Shown: positions 37,763-50,322 of the stretch, piece after piece
Layout: each line of letters opens with the position of its first letter
How positions within the stretch are numbered: the first letter of the stretch is position 1
Origin: Curvularia clavata
Taxonomy: Eukaryota
Reading direction: 5' to 3'
NCBI GenBank assembly: GCA_023920165.1
Contig: CP089275.1
Span: forward strand, 4,960,001 to 5,024,000
Length of the DNA stretch: 64,000 nucleotides
The notes under the pieces: generated by a model
What the model was told of the DNA's origin: nothing
The model's input: the letters and a program-made list of their open reading frames with translations, nothing else
The model's database searches: none
Position numbers and translations under genes: made by a program

Positions 37763-39413
37763 TCAGTCGTGTTTGGTGTAGACCTTGACATACTTGACGT
37801 GCTCATTACCTTGCGCGTCCTCATACCGCTTGCTGACGATCTTATAGCCTCCTATTTTCGGCCACACCTTCGTCCAACAAGCCCAGTAAAACACGCCTAG
37901 GAGTAGAACAGAGACACCTACAACAGGGAAGACGTAGAACGGGTAGCCTTCTGCGTTCCAATCGCCGTCTGGTGGAATGAAAGGGACAAGTGCTAGGAAG
38001 ATATTGGCAGCCAGGTACAATAGAGCGACAGGAAGATAGGTATGCCACGGGGACTCCCAGCGCTCCTTTTTCGAGTAATGGAGATAGATGAGACCCGCGG
38101 TGACGAAGCCGTTGATCCATGCGCCTGGATAGGTGTAAAGGTCGGTGATGAAATTGTAGGCGGGTCCAGCGGGTGGTGCGAGCAGGACAACTACAGTGAT
38201 GAGCCAATGTAAAAACAGAGCAGTTGCAGGAGCATTGAATGGTTTGTTTGATGCCCAAAATCGGCTCCAAGGTAGCAAGCCTTCTTTCGCAAACTCTTGG
38301 TTCAGCCGAGCATGCGCAAAGCTGACCGCGAGAACATTGCCCAGATTGCTAAGTGCGACGAATGCCGGAAGACTACGTGCTCCAGCACTGTTACCGAAGA
38401 CGTTACGGAAGAACAGACCGGCAACGATGACTTCGCTCTTCGCAAGATCAGATTTCGGGATTGCGGCGAAGTAGGCAACGTTTGCGAGTACGTATAAAAT
38501 AGTCGTTCCACCAACAGCGAGCGGCGCGGACCAACTGAGCGTCTTCTTCGGGTTCTTGATTTCTCCCAGGACGTAGTTGGCATTCTCCCACCCCTTGTAT
38601 GAGTATATGATACGAAGAAGAGCTTGACAGTATTCGTATGCACCTCCTCCACCGTAACCATCACCGACTTCGAGACGGAATGCGTTGTCGAAATTATGCG
38701 GCTGTTCAATTTTCAGATGACCGGCAAGCGCAGCGAAGCCAGAGAAAACGATAAATAAGAGAATAAAGACTTTGAATATTCCCAGGACGTTGAAAAGGCG
38801 AATACCCCACTTCGGCAGGGTAGCATGAAGAGTGACAGCGAACGTTACGCATGCAACAGCAATGCCACGCGCTGCCCAGCCATCGGGTGATTCCGATCCA
38901 GATGCGAAAAGGACATAACGACCAAAGGCCAGGGAGTTACCGGAGGAAAAGCCTAGGAAAAGCATCTGTGCGGCTAACACACACGTTGCCATATACTTCG
39001 GATGACGATAGACACGCTCTAGGTAGTTCTTTTCGCCACCGGACCGGGGAATTGCAAGGCCAAACTCGAGAAAGACGGAAAGTCCGCAAAACGTAAGGAC
39101 ACCGCCGATGATCCAGAGGAAAAGTGATACTCCAACCGATCCCGTCACAGCGAAGATACCAGAAGGCGTAGAGAAGACGGTTGAACGTTAGTAACGGCGT
39201 GGTGCTATGTAGCTAACTATACTTACTGCCAGTCCCAATCATCTTGTTCAGAATCACAAAGACAGTCGCGGTGTATCCCAGCTTTTGGGAATCGTCATAA
39301 ACATAGGCATTGTCCTCCTGAACGCTGCCCTCATCCTGAGTTGGCGGGGATGGCGGCGCCTCATCAGTGGTGTACTGCACTATCTTCGCCCTGTCGTCGA
39401 TTTCGCTCGCCAT
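37763..39413 (-). CDS. High-affinity methionine permease (MUP1-like, APC); first intron has a non-canonical acceptor
   Basis: NKMIGTG|IFSTPSGIF, EFGLAIPRSGGEKNYL, YSYKGWENANY, QEFAKEG. Intron 39178-39226 reads GTAAGT...TACTAAC...CCG. Confidence 0.85.
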
Positions 39414-41737
39414 GCTGGTGGTTAATCTGAAGCTACTGTTGCTGCTGGGGCAGGCTGTAAGTTAAATGTAACGTTGCATAGCAGTATGCAGTGACGCGAT
39501 AGCATAGTCTCAGCATGCCACGCGAGATAAATTGCACTTTTTTCTTCCTTATGTCGCAATCGACACAGAGTGTAAGATTCCAAGGCCTGAGATGCTCACG
39601 GTGCCAGACGATGGCTCGTCCCAAGACACTATAACGGGAAGGTGAACCATTTTGATGGGATCGAAGCTCTTGGTATAGCTTCTCGGCCATACGCATCATC
39701 GCCCAGGGTAATGTCGTGATCCTGGGCACCATTAGCTTGCCGCGCATATCCTTGGCACCCACGATCTGCATTTAGGCACTTGTTATCATGATAGCGATTG
39801 CCTCGCAGGCTATAAGTCGAAGAATGTCCATAGTCGGAGACGGTAATGTGGTTGATTGCGGTCAGCTTTGGCGGCAGCGCTAACGGTGCGAGGTATGAAA
39901 ACCGATGGTATGCGACGGATCCTGGCCAAGGTGTTCGAAAAGGCAATGGATGGAGGATTCTGTTGGGGAGTGTCATTGCCTATGGCATCCGCGACGGTGT
40001 TGTAGCAACGAAGTAGTTTTATTTTTGATGACAACGGAATAGCGCGCCCTCCCCGAAGTGCCGACTAAGACAGGCTTTGCGCTTCCCTTGTTCGACCGGC
40101 GAAATTAGATACGCCGCACGACAATACTGCCACTTCACGTTGTAGAGGTCACGGCTTGACCCGTACGTATTTCGAAGCTGACCAAAAGAAAAGGTTCATT
40201 CATGCCTAACAAGAATCCCTGTGTTAGCTGGTGTGAGTGCGAACCAATCAAATTGCATCGACTTCAGTCGATTCGCGCACGGCGAGTATCGGGCTGGCAG
40301 TTGTGTGATCGCTCACATCTAGCAGGTGTTGTGGCGGTAGCTTAGTCACATTCGACTAGCATTACATGAGTCTGAGAGGCGTTCTCATTGGAAGTAGTGT
40401 TAAACAAGTTGTACTGGTGTGTGTTTTTGAAGGAGTGGTGCCACGACGCTCGGATCTCGAGATTCTCTCAGCCATCCAACGGTAAGCAACGTCACGTGGT
40501 ATGTGCTAGACAGGTCTGACAAAATTGTCGGGTATGTACAGAGGCAATTGCAGTATTTCACTCATATCTCTTAGATGCTAAATAGTAGTTGACCCACGTC
40601 TGATAGGCATCGTACACCTAGCGACGGTCAAACATGCATCCCGACTACGTGAAATGGGAACTGTTGAACGCCACCGACAGCCATCATATTCACTTGAACC
40701 ACACCTCATAGCTGCTGGATGCGTGAAAGTGCCACAGGTGGCGATTTTTAACAACCAAAGTGTTGATCAAAAGGCGACTACGTCTTTCTTCCCATGTCTC
40801 GCAAACTCCTCTCTGCCAGTGCTAGCTGCGAATCATCGTATGACATGGCCAACGGGCCCAGATTCGCAATGGCTGTTGTCTTCTATTACCCTATTTGAGT
40901 GATTCAATGGATGTTTCGCCGATCTGATGGTAGTCGGCGCTCTCGCTCAACACTAGGGGGTGTCCCTTTCTAGACCCACCGTCGCGCACGCTTCTACTTT
41001 TGTCAAGGCGTCGCAAAACCGATTGCTTACAGGACCGAATGTGGCTGGTTACCCTGTGAACAGTGCACTGGTTTATGGCGTGACAGACTTAAAACAGTGG
41101 CTGGCCTTCTAGGAAAATAACTCATTCAAGGGCAAATCTCGGAAGCTGTATTATAGTACAAAATCGAAGTGCTGGCAATATAAGACATGGGATGTAACCC
41201 ATTACCCATTGCCGATGTTTCGCCTACTGCTAGCTTATGCACGTAGTCCAGACGCGTTGTGACATGATCAAGCATAAGTACCATACAAGCGGGAACAAAC
41301 CACCGAAGTGTCGCGCGGTGAGCACGTCGTCCTCAACGTCCGATGGCAATAGTGGTATCTCTTGTACCTCGGATACCGGCTGTTCATTGAAGCATAAACC
41401 ATTTTCCTGTTCCCCTTAGGGCGCCGGCTGATTGGTGCATTATCTTTCCCCATCTACCCCATGTTTCCATCGTTTCCCCGTACAGGCCACCCCCGCGTTT
41501 TGTGGTACTCGCATCAGGTGTAATTGGAGGCATTAGACAGTAATCTGCTAACACAAGTAAATGCGGCTGAGTGTCACCAAAATTCCGGAGATATGATCAT
41601 CGTGCGCAACATGCTAGAGTCTACAATTAGCCGCAACTGTACCGGGGCAAATTAGTTTATAAGGAGGGTACCAGCCAAGCTTTAAAGTCGCGAGACTGGC
41701 CGAACCAGAGTAAATTCTGTACCCCAGAATTACCAAT

Positions 41738-42889
41738 ATGCGCTTGGCTATTATATGCGCTAGCCTGCTGCAGGTGTGCGCAGCTATACCAACGGTCAAT
41801 CGGAAAGCATGTCAGCATCCTAGCAAACAGCCCCTGGACGGGTGTCCGAAGAACACGCTCCTTGTCGGACCAGGGCGTAACTTCTCTACCATCCAGTCTG
41901 CAGTCCTCAGCTTGCCCAATGATACAACACCCTACCACATCCTTGTCCTTCCCGGTAACTACACTGAACAAGTCAACGTCACTCGGCCAGGTCCAGTCTA
42001 CCTCTTTGGCCAAACAAAGTCGCCAAATGACCAAAGCAAGAACACTGTCAACGTCATCTGGCACAACGCCACTGGCGCCGGACTATCAACACTGGATAAT
42101 GCATATACATCGGTTCTCACAGTCGCGCCCACCTTCAACGCAAGTTTGACCGGTTCAGGACCAACTGGCTTCCCCGTTCCAGCAGACACACCCTTCGGAA
42201 ACACAGATTTCCGCGCTTACAACCTCAACTTCATCAATGACTACCGGCCCTATTCCGCCGGTCCTTCCTTGGCTGTTTCCGTTAGCTATGCAAATACAGG
42301 CTTCTACCACTGCGGCTTCTACTCCTACCAAGACACCGTATACATTGGCAAACTCGGCAACGCCTATTTCTACAAGAACGAGATCGCCGGTCAAACAGAT
42401 TTCTTCTACGGTTTCGGCACAGCATGGATCCAGTCCAGCCTGGTAACCCTGCGCAACTGCGGCGGCGGCATCACTGCATGGAAAGGCACAAACACGACTT
42501 TCGAAAACAAGTACGGGGTGTACATTCACGACTCGAATGTCAAGAAGGCCAATGCTTCGCTCGCAATTACAGGAAAGTGCGCGCTGGGAAGACCGTGGAA
42601 TGCGCTTCATCGATCCATCTTCGCCAAGTGCTCGCTCGATGATTCGATCCAGTCCAATGGATATATTGAGTGGAGTACCTCGGATCCGAGAGTGAACGTC
42701 AACACGACAATGGCGGAGTATAAGGACTTTGGGCCAGGATGGAATGAGACGGCAAGACGAGCCAGCAATGTCAGTATTGTCATGGATGCGAAGAAGTATG
42801 AGCCATATTCTACACCAGAGAAGGTGTTCCAGTATCCGTTTTCTGGCAAGTTTGGAAATACGGCTTGGATTGATAGATCTCCGGAGTGA
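41738..42889 (+). CDS. Secreted pectinesterase (CE8)
   Basis: Signal peptide; FSTIQSAV, GNYTEQV, SYQDT, GQTDFFYG, LGRPW, AEY. Confidence 0.92.
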   Translation: MRLAIICASLLQVCAAIPTVNRKACQHPSKQPLDGCPKNTLLVGPGRNFSTIQSAVLSLPNDTTPYHILVLPGNYTEQVNVTRPGPVYLFGQTKSPNDQSKNTVNVIWHNATGAGLSTLDNAYTSVLTVAPTFNASLTGSGPTGFPVPADTPFGNTDFRAYNLNFINDYRPYSAGPSLAVSVSYANTGFYHCGFYSYQDTVYIGKLGNAYFYKNEIAGQTDFFYGFGTAWIQSSLVTLRNCGGGITAWKGTNTTFENKYGVYIHDSNVKKANASLAITGKCALGRPWNALHRSIFAKCSLDDSIQSNGYIEWSTSDPRVNVNTTMAEYKDFGPGWNETARRASNVSIVMDAKKYEPYSTPEKVFQYPFSGKFGNTAWIDRSPE

Positions 42890-43096
42890 TTAGGAAAGTG
42901 GTTTTCAATACAATACTGCACTTCATGCAATAGAACGTAAACTTAAGTCTCTTTTATTTTCTGCTATGTGAGGATTTTCGTGTTCTCCAGGATGCATCTC
43001 TCCAACGTGTCCGCTGTAAAACAGTAGAGCAGTAAATGACGCAAAATGAGTCTTTAAACTAACTCGCTAAGACTCAATACCACCTACCAAGACACT

Positions 43097-44868
43097 TCAA
43101 GCTTTCTCCAGCACATCCTTGGAATCCTTTCGGACAAGATCTCCGGGCACCGTCTTCCACTGCTGCTCCTCATCAAGCAGCGTCTCAGCCTTCTCCCACT
43201 CCTCCCTAATAATCGCAGCTTTCTTCTCATCCCTCGGCGTGATACTAGCAGGAAACGGCTTGGGCTGTGCAAGCACGCCTTCCGTAAAATCATCTCTCTC
43301 AGGAATGATTTCTTTACCATTATTGTCACGGGCAGGCGAAATATTGAAAGCCCACAAAAGACGAGCCATTGTCAGGAATAAGGACCTCTCGGCGATGTGC
43401 ATGCCTTGACAAATGCGGCGTCCGGCTCCAAAGCCAAAGTGATCGCGTTTAGAGGGGTCAGGGTTGTTTGCCGACTCTGCTGCGGATTGTTGGTCATCGA
43501 TGTAGCGGGTTGGGTCGAAGCGGCGGGGGTCTGGATGGCGTTTGGGGTCATTGTGAATAGTCCAGTTGTTTGGTAAGACGCCAGCGCCTTTTGGGATCTT
43601 GTACCCCATGTACTCGTCATCTTGGATCAGGGCATGAGGGGCTCCCGAGATAACCGTAGGCATACATCGAAGTGTTTCTTTGATGCAACCGTTGATATAC
43701 GGCAGATTTGGCCAGTCCTCAAGAGTGGGAAGCCGATTGCCGCACACGCGATCGAGCTCTTCCTGCGCGGCTTTCGCTACGTCCGGAAATAGGATCATGG
43801 ATTGAACGACTTTGGCATGTCAGTCAAAGCCCCAAGAGGGTGAATGAAATACTTACAACTAATGATCTCTGCAGCTGTGGTGTCAGCGCCAGCCTCGAGT
43901 ACCGAACCGCTAATGTATCCTGCGAGCTCGTCCGAGAAATTCTCTTCCTCCTGGGCGCGTGCTAGATCAACACAGAAACACGAACTTGCGGTGCCGTTTT
44001 TGATCTTCTTTTTCACATCTAGCCAATGACCGACATACAACTCGCTCGACTCCTTATGAAGATGTTTAGCATATCTTCGTTCTGGAAGAAAAGCATCAGG
44101 TAGCCATCGTAGAATGGGGTAGAGGTCAAGTAGTGCTGCAGTCGTCTTCCCATGCACTTGAGACATTTTCTCAACTCCCTGTAGTAACATTAGCAATTGC
44201 AGCATCAGTTTGTGAAGAAATTACCTCAAAGAGCTGTATTAGCTTGGGATCATCGATCCTAGTAGTGCGAAATCCGTATATCATTTGTGTTGTAAAGCTA
44301 CCGGTAAACCGCCGTACATGATCGGCGAAATGCTCTGGTGTTTCCAGTAGCCCAACGAGCAAAGCCTTGTTCTCGAGGTCTTGATATGGCACGTAGGATG
44401 TGGCAACCTTGACATTCAGATTAAAGTGTATAATTTTTCGAATCATGCGCCACGTATCGCCATAGGGCTAGGTATGTTAGCATTTAGGGCATATCTAGTA
44501 TTCGAACAATCAACTCATACCATCAATGCCATGCGAAGGCCACCACTTGCTACATTGGCAAGATAATGGTCCGGGCGCGACGAGTAGATTCCGCTGCGCT
44601 TATCAAGAAGGTCCTTCACGGCCTGATCCGACCCAAGTACAACCATGACCATGGTACCAAGCATGAGTGAGTAGACCGGGCCATATTCATCAGCCCATTT
44701 CTTGAACTGGAGGTGAGTTTTTTCCTTGGGCATAAGATGAAGGTTACCGATAAGTGGTAATGTTGGAGGGCCTGGCGGATATCCTTTCGGCCTTTGACCG
44801 ATCCTGCTTAGCCGATATATGGCTATACTGAATAGTGTCGCGAACAGCGTGTAAGTTAGGATAGACAT
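43097..44868 (-). CDS. Cytochrome P450 monooxygenase
   Basis: N-terminal TM plus PPGP, AGADTT, ETLR, FDPTRY, FGAGRRICQG. Three canonical introns give an intact frame. Confidence 0.93.
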
Positions 44869-46342
44869 TGCGTTAGATGAAGACCCTGGGTTGCAAAATC
44901 ACGGTTTATATCATCGTTTCACAGCACCACCTACTATCAGTAAGCGGGGTACAAGATATGAGCAAGTCGATCTTGTCATCTAAAGCCGATGAATTTGCTG
45001 GAGCTGAGCCTGGGATGTAAGCCTTGGGTCACAGGGATGTACTCGTTCAGCCTAGCTTGGCTCACCCAAAGTGGCGCCAATGCACTTAATAATCAGAAAG
45101 CGTTACACACAATCTTGGCATGATGTGTGAAAATCATGACCCATATGCTCATTGGACTCTTTCCGAGAGCTGAGATAACAATGCGACATGAGCGGAGTTA
45201 CATTTGCGCGGCTGCAGCGGTTTTGGGCCGCCAGTGCCAATGCTCATCCATGCAGCAAGATGAGGACATGGACAATCAGCTCAAAACGAAACGGAACAGC
45301 GAAAGATACCAATAATCCTGTGGTGAGCAGTGCATACTGAGCTTTAGGAGTGTTTCGGCAGGCGGTATACAAAAAAGAAGCCGAAAGCTGCATGTGTGGC
45401 CATATTCTAGGTGAGCATGCGTTCGAATAGTCGTCGCGAACTTTTTGCATGCTATGACGGTGAACAGAGCTACTAGTAGCCCTGGGATAAGCTGTAGTCT
45501 CTCCTTCCGGACTCTCTATAAATTGAAGACCGAAGAGAAATCCTAGAGGGCAGCTATTAGGCATACAACAGTTTCTGATTGTATATGTAGGTGGCAGCAG
45601 TCTCCACTCATTAACTCCCACCACTACTCCCTTATTCCTGAGCAAGCTTGGATTTCGGATCAGGTATTAAGTAGGTATCGTGGTCCGACACACTATACTC
45701 CCATTCAATGTCAGTGTTGAAGAGAAGTCTCACCCGATCTTCACCTTGTCATATAGTCTCACAAAAAATAAGACCAGGCAAGTCACACACAATAGGTATC
45801 TGACAAAAAAGAAATAAGCAACGTGAACTGAAGAATGGAGATTTCATCAAATGAATACGACTATTAGACATTAAACATGACGGATAGTTAGTAACAATAT
45901 ATGTAAGAGTAACAAACACTTTTCACATTACTAGTAAAGGAGAATAGAGCCCTTGAAGTAAAATAACTCCTTTGCAGTGCTCTTTTTAAGAATTTGACGT
46001 CTCCACCGTGCCAACTTTTCACGTCTTTCCCATCACATCGCCCCTTTCCGTTCAACCCGTCCGAGGCAGAGAGGAAGAAAAACGAAACGAAGGGTTCAAA
46101 AAGTAAGCAATATGCAAAACAGGAAAAGCAAACCCGTCAAGCAGGTATCAAGCTCCGACACCCCTGCCTCACGTTATCGGAAAAAGCAACTTAACACATC
46201 AAACGGTCGTGCATTGACGAGCGGGGGAAGCCCTGTCTTGTGAGGGACCAAAAGAAAAGAGAACAACAAAGCAAGGCATGATGCAGAAATGGAAATGCCA
46301 TGCTGATTATGAATAAATAGGATATCAAAGTGGGGGGAATAA

Positions 46343-47797
46343 TTACAACACCATAAGACCCAAAACAGCAATGACAATGGCGCAAACCGAGCCGCTCATG
46401 TGCGAAAGGCCAGGCTGAACCGTTGTCGCAGCACCGGTAGAACCGGAGCTACTTCCACCCTGGACAAAGCCAGACGAGCTTCCACCGCTACCTCCTGCTG
46501 CCTCGGTAGACTGTGGGTTGGAAGCCTGTCCGTCTGAGCTGCCTGAGCCGCTGGAGCCACCGGCGGCCTGGCCACCGGGGATGACGACACCAGGGACCGA
46601 CATGACGGTTCCGGTAGGCTTAGGCTTGCTGTTGTCGTTAGCCTCGCCTGGTTCCTCGCCGGTACCCATGAGCGAGCCAAGGACAACAACATCATCGGTA
46701 ATAGCCACCGTGTTGTTAGTTCCGGCCTCATCCGTGTACTTGTACGTCTTCTTTCCCTTGATCTGCGCTCCTTGTGGGGGGTCGTAGCACTCAACAGTGA
46801 CTTCGGAGAAACGGGCTGCGTAGTATCCGTTGACCATGTATGGGCTGTTCCAGTCGATCAGACCGCCTGCCCAGTCAATGGTACCCTGTGCGTTGGTGTC
46901 CTTGCCGGCGGGCCACAGAGACAGCATGACGCGAGATGGGGTTTGCGGGTAGTCGAATCGGCCCGAGGTGCTATTCCAGGTTCCTGATCGTTCGAGTTTG
47001 CGCATTTCCTTGCCGTCAACAGACCAGGTGAGGGAATCTTCTTGCCAGTCGACGCAGTACTCGTGCTCAGTCTCGACTGAGTTGCCGTTGGGGATGGTGA
47101 GGTTCTTGCCGTTTGTGTCTAGTTTTCGTATTAGTATCCATTCTCAAACGGGACAAGAGAGCAGGCAAACTCACAGACTGTCACGCCCTGGGAATAGAAA
47201 TTTGATTGGACGTCGTTGACATCCATACCAACCCACTCAAAATCAATTTCGTCCTTGACGTCCGACATGAGAATGAAAGCGGTGACAACGCCCTTGCCCT
47301 GAGCAGTGCTGAGCTTGGAGCAAATCTTGCCATACCAAACATAGAAGGTCGATGCCAACAGTGTTCCATCTGTTCCTTGGGCCATGGTCAAGAGAGTCGA
47401 CTTCTTGCCTGACTTGGGGTCTGTGTATATGGTGGGGTCGCCTTGCGACTGCCAGTTGATCTTGGAGGCATCACCAAGGTACTTGTCGATGGACAGAACG
47501 TCGTCGAGGTTATCGAGCGAGTAGGTTCCGGATTTGCATACGGGAGCGGGAACGCAAGAGTCAAGAGAGTTTGACATGGTAGGGTCGCATCCACCCAGGC
47601 AGAAAGCGCCGACACCGCAGTCGCCATACACTGCATGGTGGTTAGCACGCAGTTGTGAAATGAAGATTGGCGCAATACGCACGCGAGCAGCAGGGCGTCT
47701 CTTTGGGGCAGTGGCTGTTCTTTGTGCACTTTGCACTGTGGGCGACGCCAGCAAATGCGGCGGCCGCAATCGCGGCGGAAAGCACACCACGAACCAT
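46343..47797 (-). CDS. GH16 chitin transglycosylase Crh2/Utr2-like (CBM18, GPI signal)
   Basis: Signal peptide; CPKETPCCSLYGDCGVGAFCLGGCDP; catalytic DEIDFEW; YPQTPSR; Ser/Gly-rich stalk; hydrophobic C-terminus; two introns. Confidence 0.92.
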
Positions 47798-49642
47798 GGC
47801 TCGGACCGTTTTCGCAGTCGGTGATGTCGTGATGATAAGCTGATGTGGAGTTGAGTCGGACCGCGATCAGATTCCTATCGCAGGACTGGTGGGAGGCACT
47901 TTCTCAGAGTTTGTTGAGTGATGTCAATCGTAAGCACGATGGTGATCCGCGTAGGGGTTCGTCTTGGGAGAAGGCTAGTAAAGCAATATGGCCGTTTATT
48001 ACACCCCTGGCTATCCTCAGGCCCAGTTTCGAGTAGCGAGCGTTGGTAAAAGGAAACGAAAAGCAAGCACAACGGCGGGTTAGTATAGCGAGAGTGGTCC
48101 CTGAGGGAGTGAGGAGGAGAGAGCAGGCCTGGACGGGCGGCCAGCTTCCTCTTGAAGAAGGGGTTTCTGGGGTACGAGGTGGCGCATCAATATGGAATTG
48201 CGCCATTCTGGTTCTGGCCATTGACTAGCCGCTTGCATCGGCTAATGAACCATTAGCGACCCGGCCGTCCACACCATCAGTCCGTCATGGCCCGCGGCGT
48301 GTTTCGTCGACGGCACGCCCTGCTGCCTGACTTGCTGGCGACATGGAACGCCTGCCTGGCGCAGAGTTGTGTAGGCAGACAGCCTCGCCGTGTTTGTGCT
48401 GCCGTGTCAGTGCTGCCCTGCATTTGCATTGACTCGATTCCTTGTAGGCGTAGCGCCCTCATTATCGACACGCCCTATTTCTGGAACGCCCTGCAGGAAG
48501 ACCCTCGTCGCCCCACCGTCTGCCCGCTGCCTCCCTGGTACATCCCCCGTCATACTTGAATTTTCGATTTTTTTCCCCAGGACGACGTCACCTTGGGTCA
48601 TACCATGTACAAGATACAGTTATCGTGTAACCTGTGCTGCCTTCTGCGGGGTTTGTGGTTGTGTACCCCCTGGCATGACTCGGATTCCAGCCGAGCACGT
48701 GTGCAACTGAGCACGTGTCTTGTCGCCTCGCATGACCAGCAAACCTTGCATCCCATAGCGCTCCCATTCAGGCCATCCAAACTGCATTGGGCCGGTACTC
48801 GGTGTCATATTTGCATGTCACACGTTGTCCTTTTGCTTTTGGCGATCCTGAAACGGACTGATATCGAGTTCAAACGGTATACATGATACAAACAACAAAC
48901 GTGAAAGGGGTTGAGCAGCATGGCTCGCTCTGGTCATTAAGTTGGATTGGAACACCAACTGAGGCCAAATATGCTCCAGCCTATTAGCGCTCGTAATCTA
49001 CGCAACCACAACAAGAACTGCAGCGCCAATAATGTCTCAAGTTGTGTGGCTTGCGAGGGAATCTGGACCTCGCATTTCGAGTTATCTACTTCCACAATAG
49101 GGCCGTGGAACGGTATGGCATGCATGGGACTACATAACCGAGGAGAAGGCAAATCCTCTTCATATGTGCTAGTCAGCCTCCAAGCGGCATTCCTCGTATT
49201 TGCAGAGATGTACAGATCTTGTCGATCTAAGTGACATTCAATATAGATGCCGCATGCTGGAAGTATCTACTACGGTCAAGGTCACGTGGCTGGTTCGTAT
49301 TCCCTCAGCCCTAGTGCTTCATGCACGTGACAACGTTCCTCAGTCGCCATTTGGATCATCCTCAGAGAACCCTTACCGTACACCAAATTCTAGCCCTTTG
49401 GTTGTCATTTTTGTATGCTTAAGGTCCTCATGTTATCATGCAGGGTTGAGGCACCGACATCGAACTCGGTGTACGTAGGTGGTTAAATCACTAAGCCTCG
49501 GCAGTTTACCTGCGCTTCCCTTACTTCTTCCCGAGCACTACCGCAAACCATAATTCAGTCAGAAGTTCTGCAACATTTCGGTCTTTCCAAACCATCGCTC
49601 TGGATGTCATACCTCCTCCACGGTAGCACATCTCACACGGGG

Positions 49643-50239
49643 ATGGGCTGGGTCGATCTTGTTCCCCGCTGTGGTCGCATCTACATCGGCGGCCTATACG
49701 CCTTATATCAAACCGATCTCATTAAAGCCGCGGGTATAACGCATGTACTCTCAGTCATCGACTACGATGCGTTGTTGCAGGAGAAATTCAAACATCTGAA
49801 GCATTTTCACATCCGAGCCGAGGACCATCCAAACGCCAATCTGTTACAATATTTCGAGCATGGTGTAAGATATATCGATGAAGCGCTAGCTTCTAAGGAT
49901 TCCGAGGCTGGAGGCGGTGTCTTCGTTCACTGCGCCATGGGCAAATCTCGCTCTGCTACCCTTGTCTGCGCCTACTTGATTTGGAAATACAATCTCTCGC
50001 CCACAGCAGCATTGGAGCAACTGTGCGAGGGAAGACCAATTTGCGATCCAAATCCAGGCTTCAAAGAGCAGCTCGAAGTTTGGAGTAAGATGTGCCGTGC
50101 TGAAACTGAAGAAGAGAAGAGAAGGATATACGAGTGCTGGGAAAAAGAGAGGTTCACTGGCGAAGTATGGGATTGGGAAGCTAGAGTGAAGAAGCAGGAA
50201 GGAGAAAAAGCAGGAAGTCTGAGCGCATCGAAGCTTTAG
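49643..50239 (+). CDS. Dual-specificity protein phosphatase (Yvh1-like catalytic domain only)
   Basis: VHCAMGKSRSAT active-site loop and PNPGFKEQL. An in-frame ATG at 49604 is an alternative start. Ends ASKL. Confidence 0.88.
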   Translation: MGWVDLVPRCGRIYIGGLYALYQTDLIKAAGITHVLSVIDYDALLQEKFKHLKHFHIRAEDHPNANLLQYFEHGVRYIDEALASKDSEAGGGVFVHCAMGKSRSATLVCAYLIWKYNLSPTAALEQLCEGRPICDPNPGFKEQLEVWSKMCRAETEEEKRRIYECWEKERFTGEVWDWEARVKKQEGEKAGSLSASKL

Positions 50240-50322
50240 ACATTGATAAATTACATAACGCATTACGATGAGAACAAGGCTATCGTGCCAACTCAAGCCT
50301 ACACGTCCCATCTTCTTACAGC

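Noticed and set aside
39596..40499. CACGTG E-boxes upstream of the methionine permease
   Set aside because: A 6-mer that recurs elsewhere in the window; not distinguishable from chance without conservation data
43097..44868. P450 broken into four ORFs (pseudogene?)
   Set aside because: Three canonical introns restore an intact frame
7213..44868. Secondary-metabolite gene cluster (FAD oxidases, methyltransferase, P450, transporters)
   Set aside because: No PKS, NRPS, terpene or prenyltransferase core gene, and the genes are interspersed with unrelated functions
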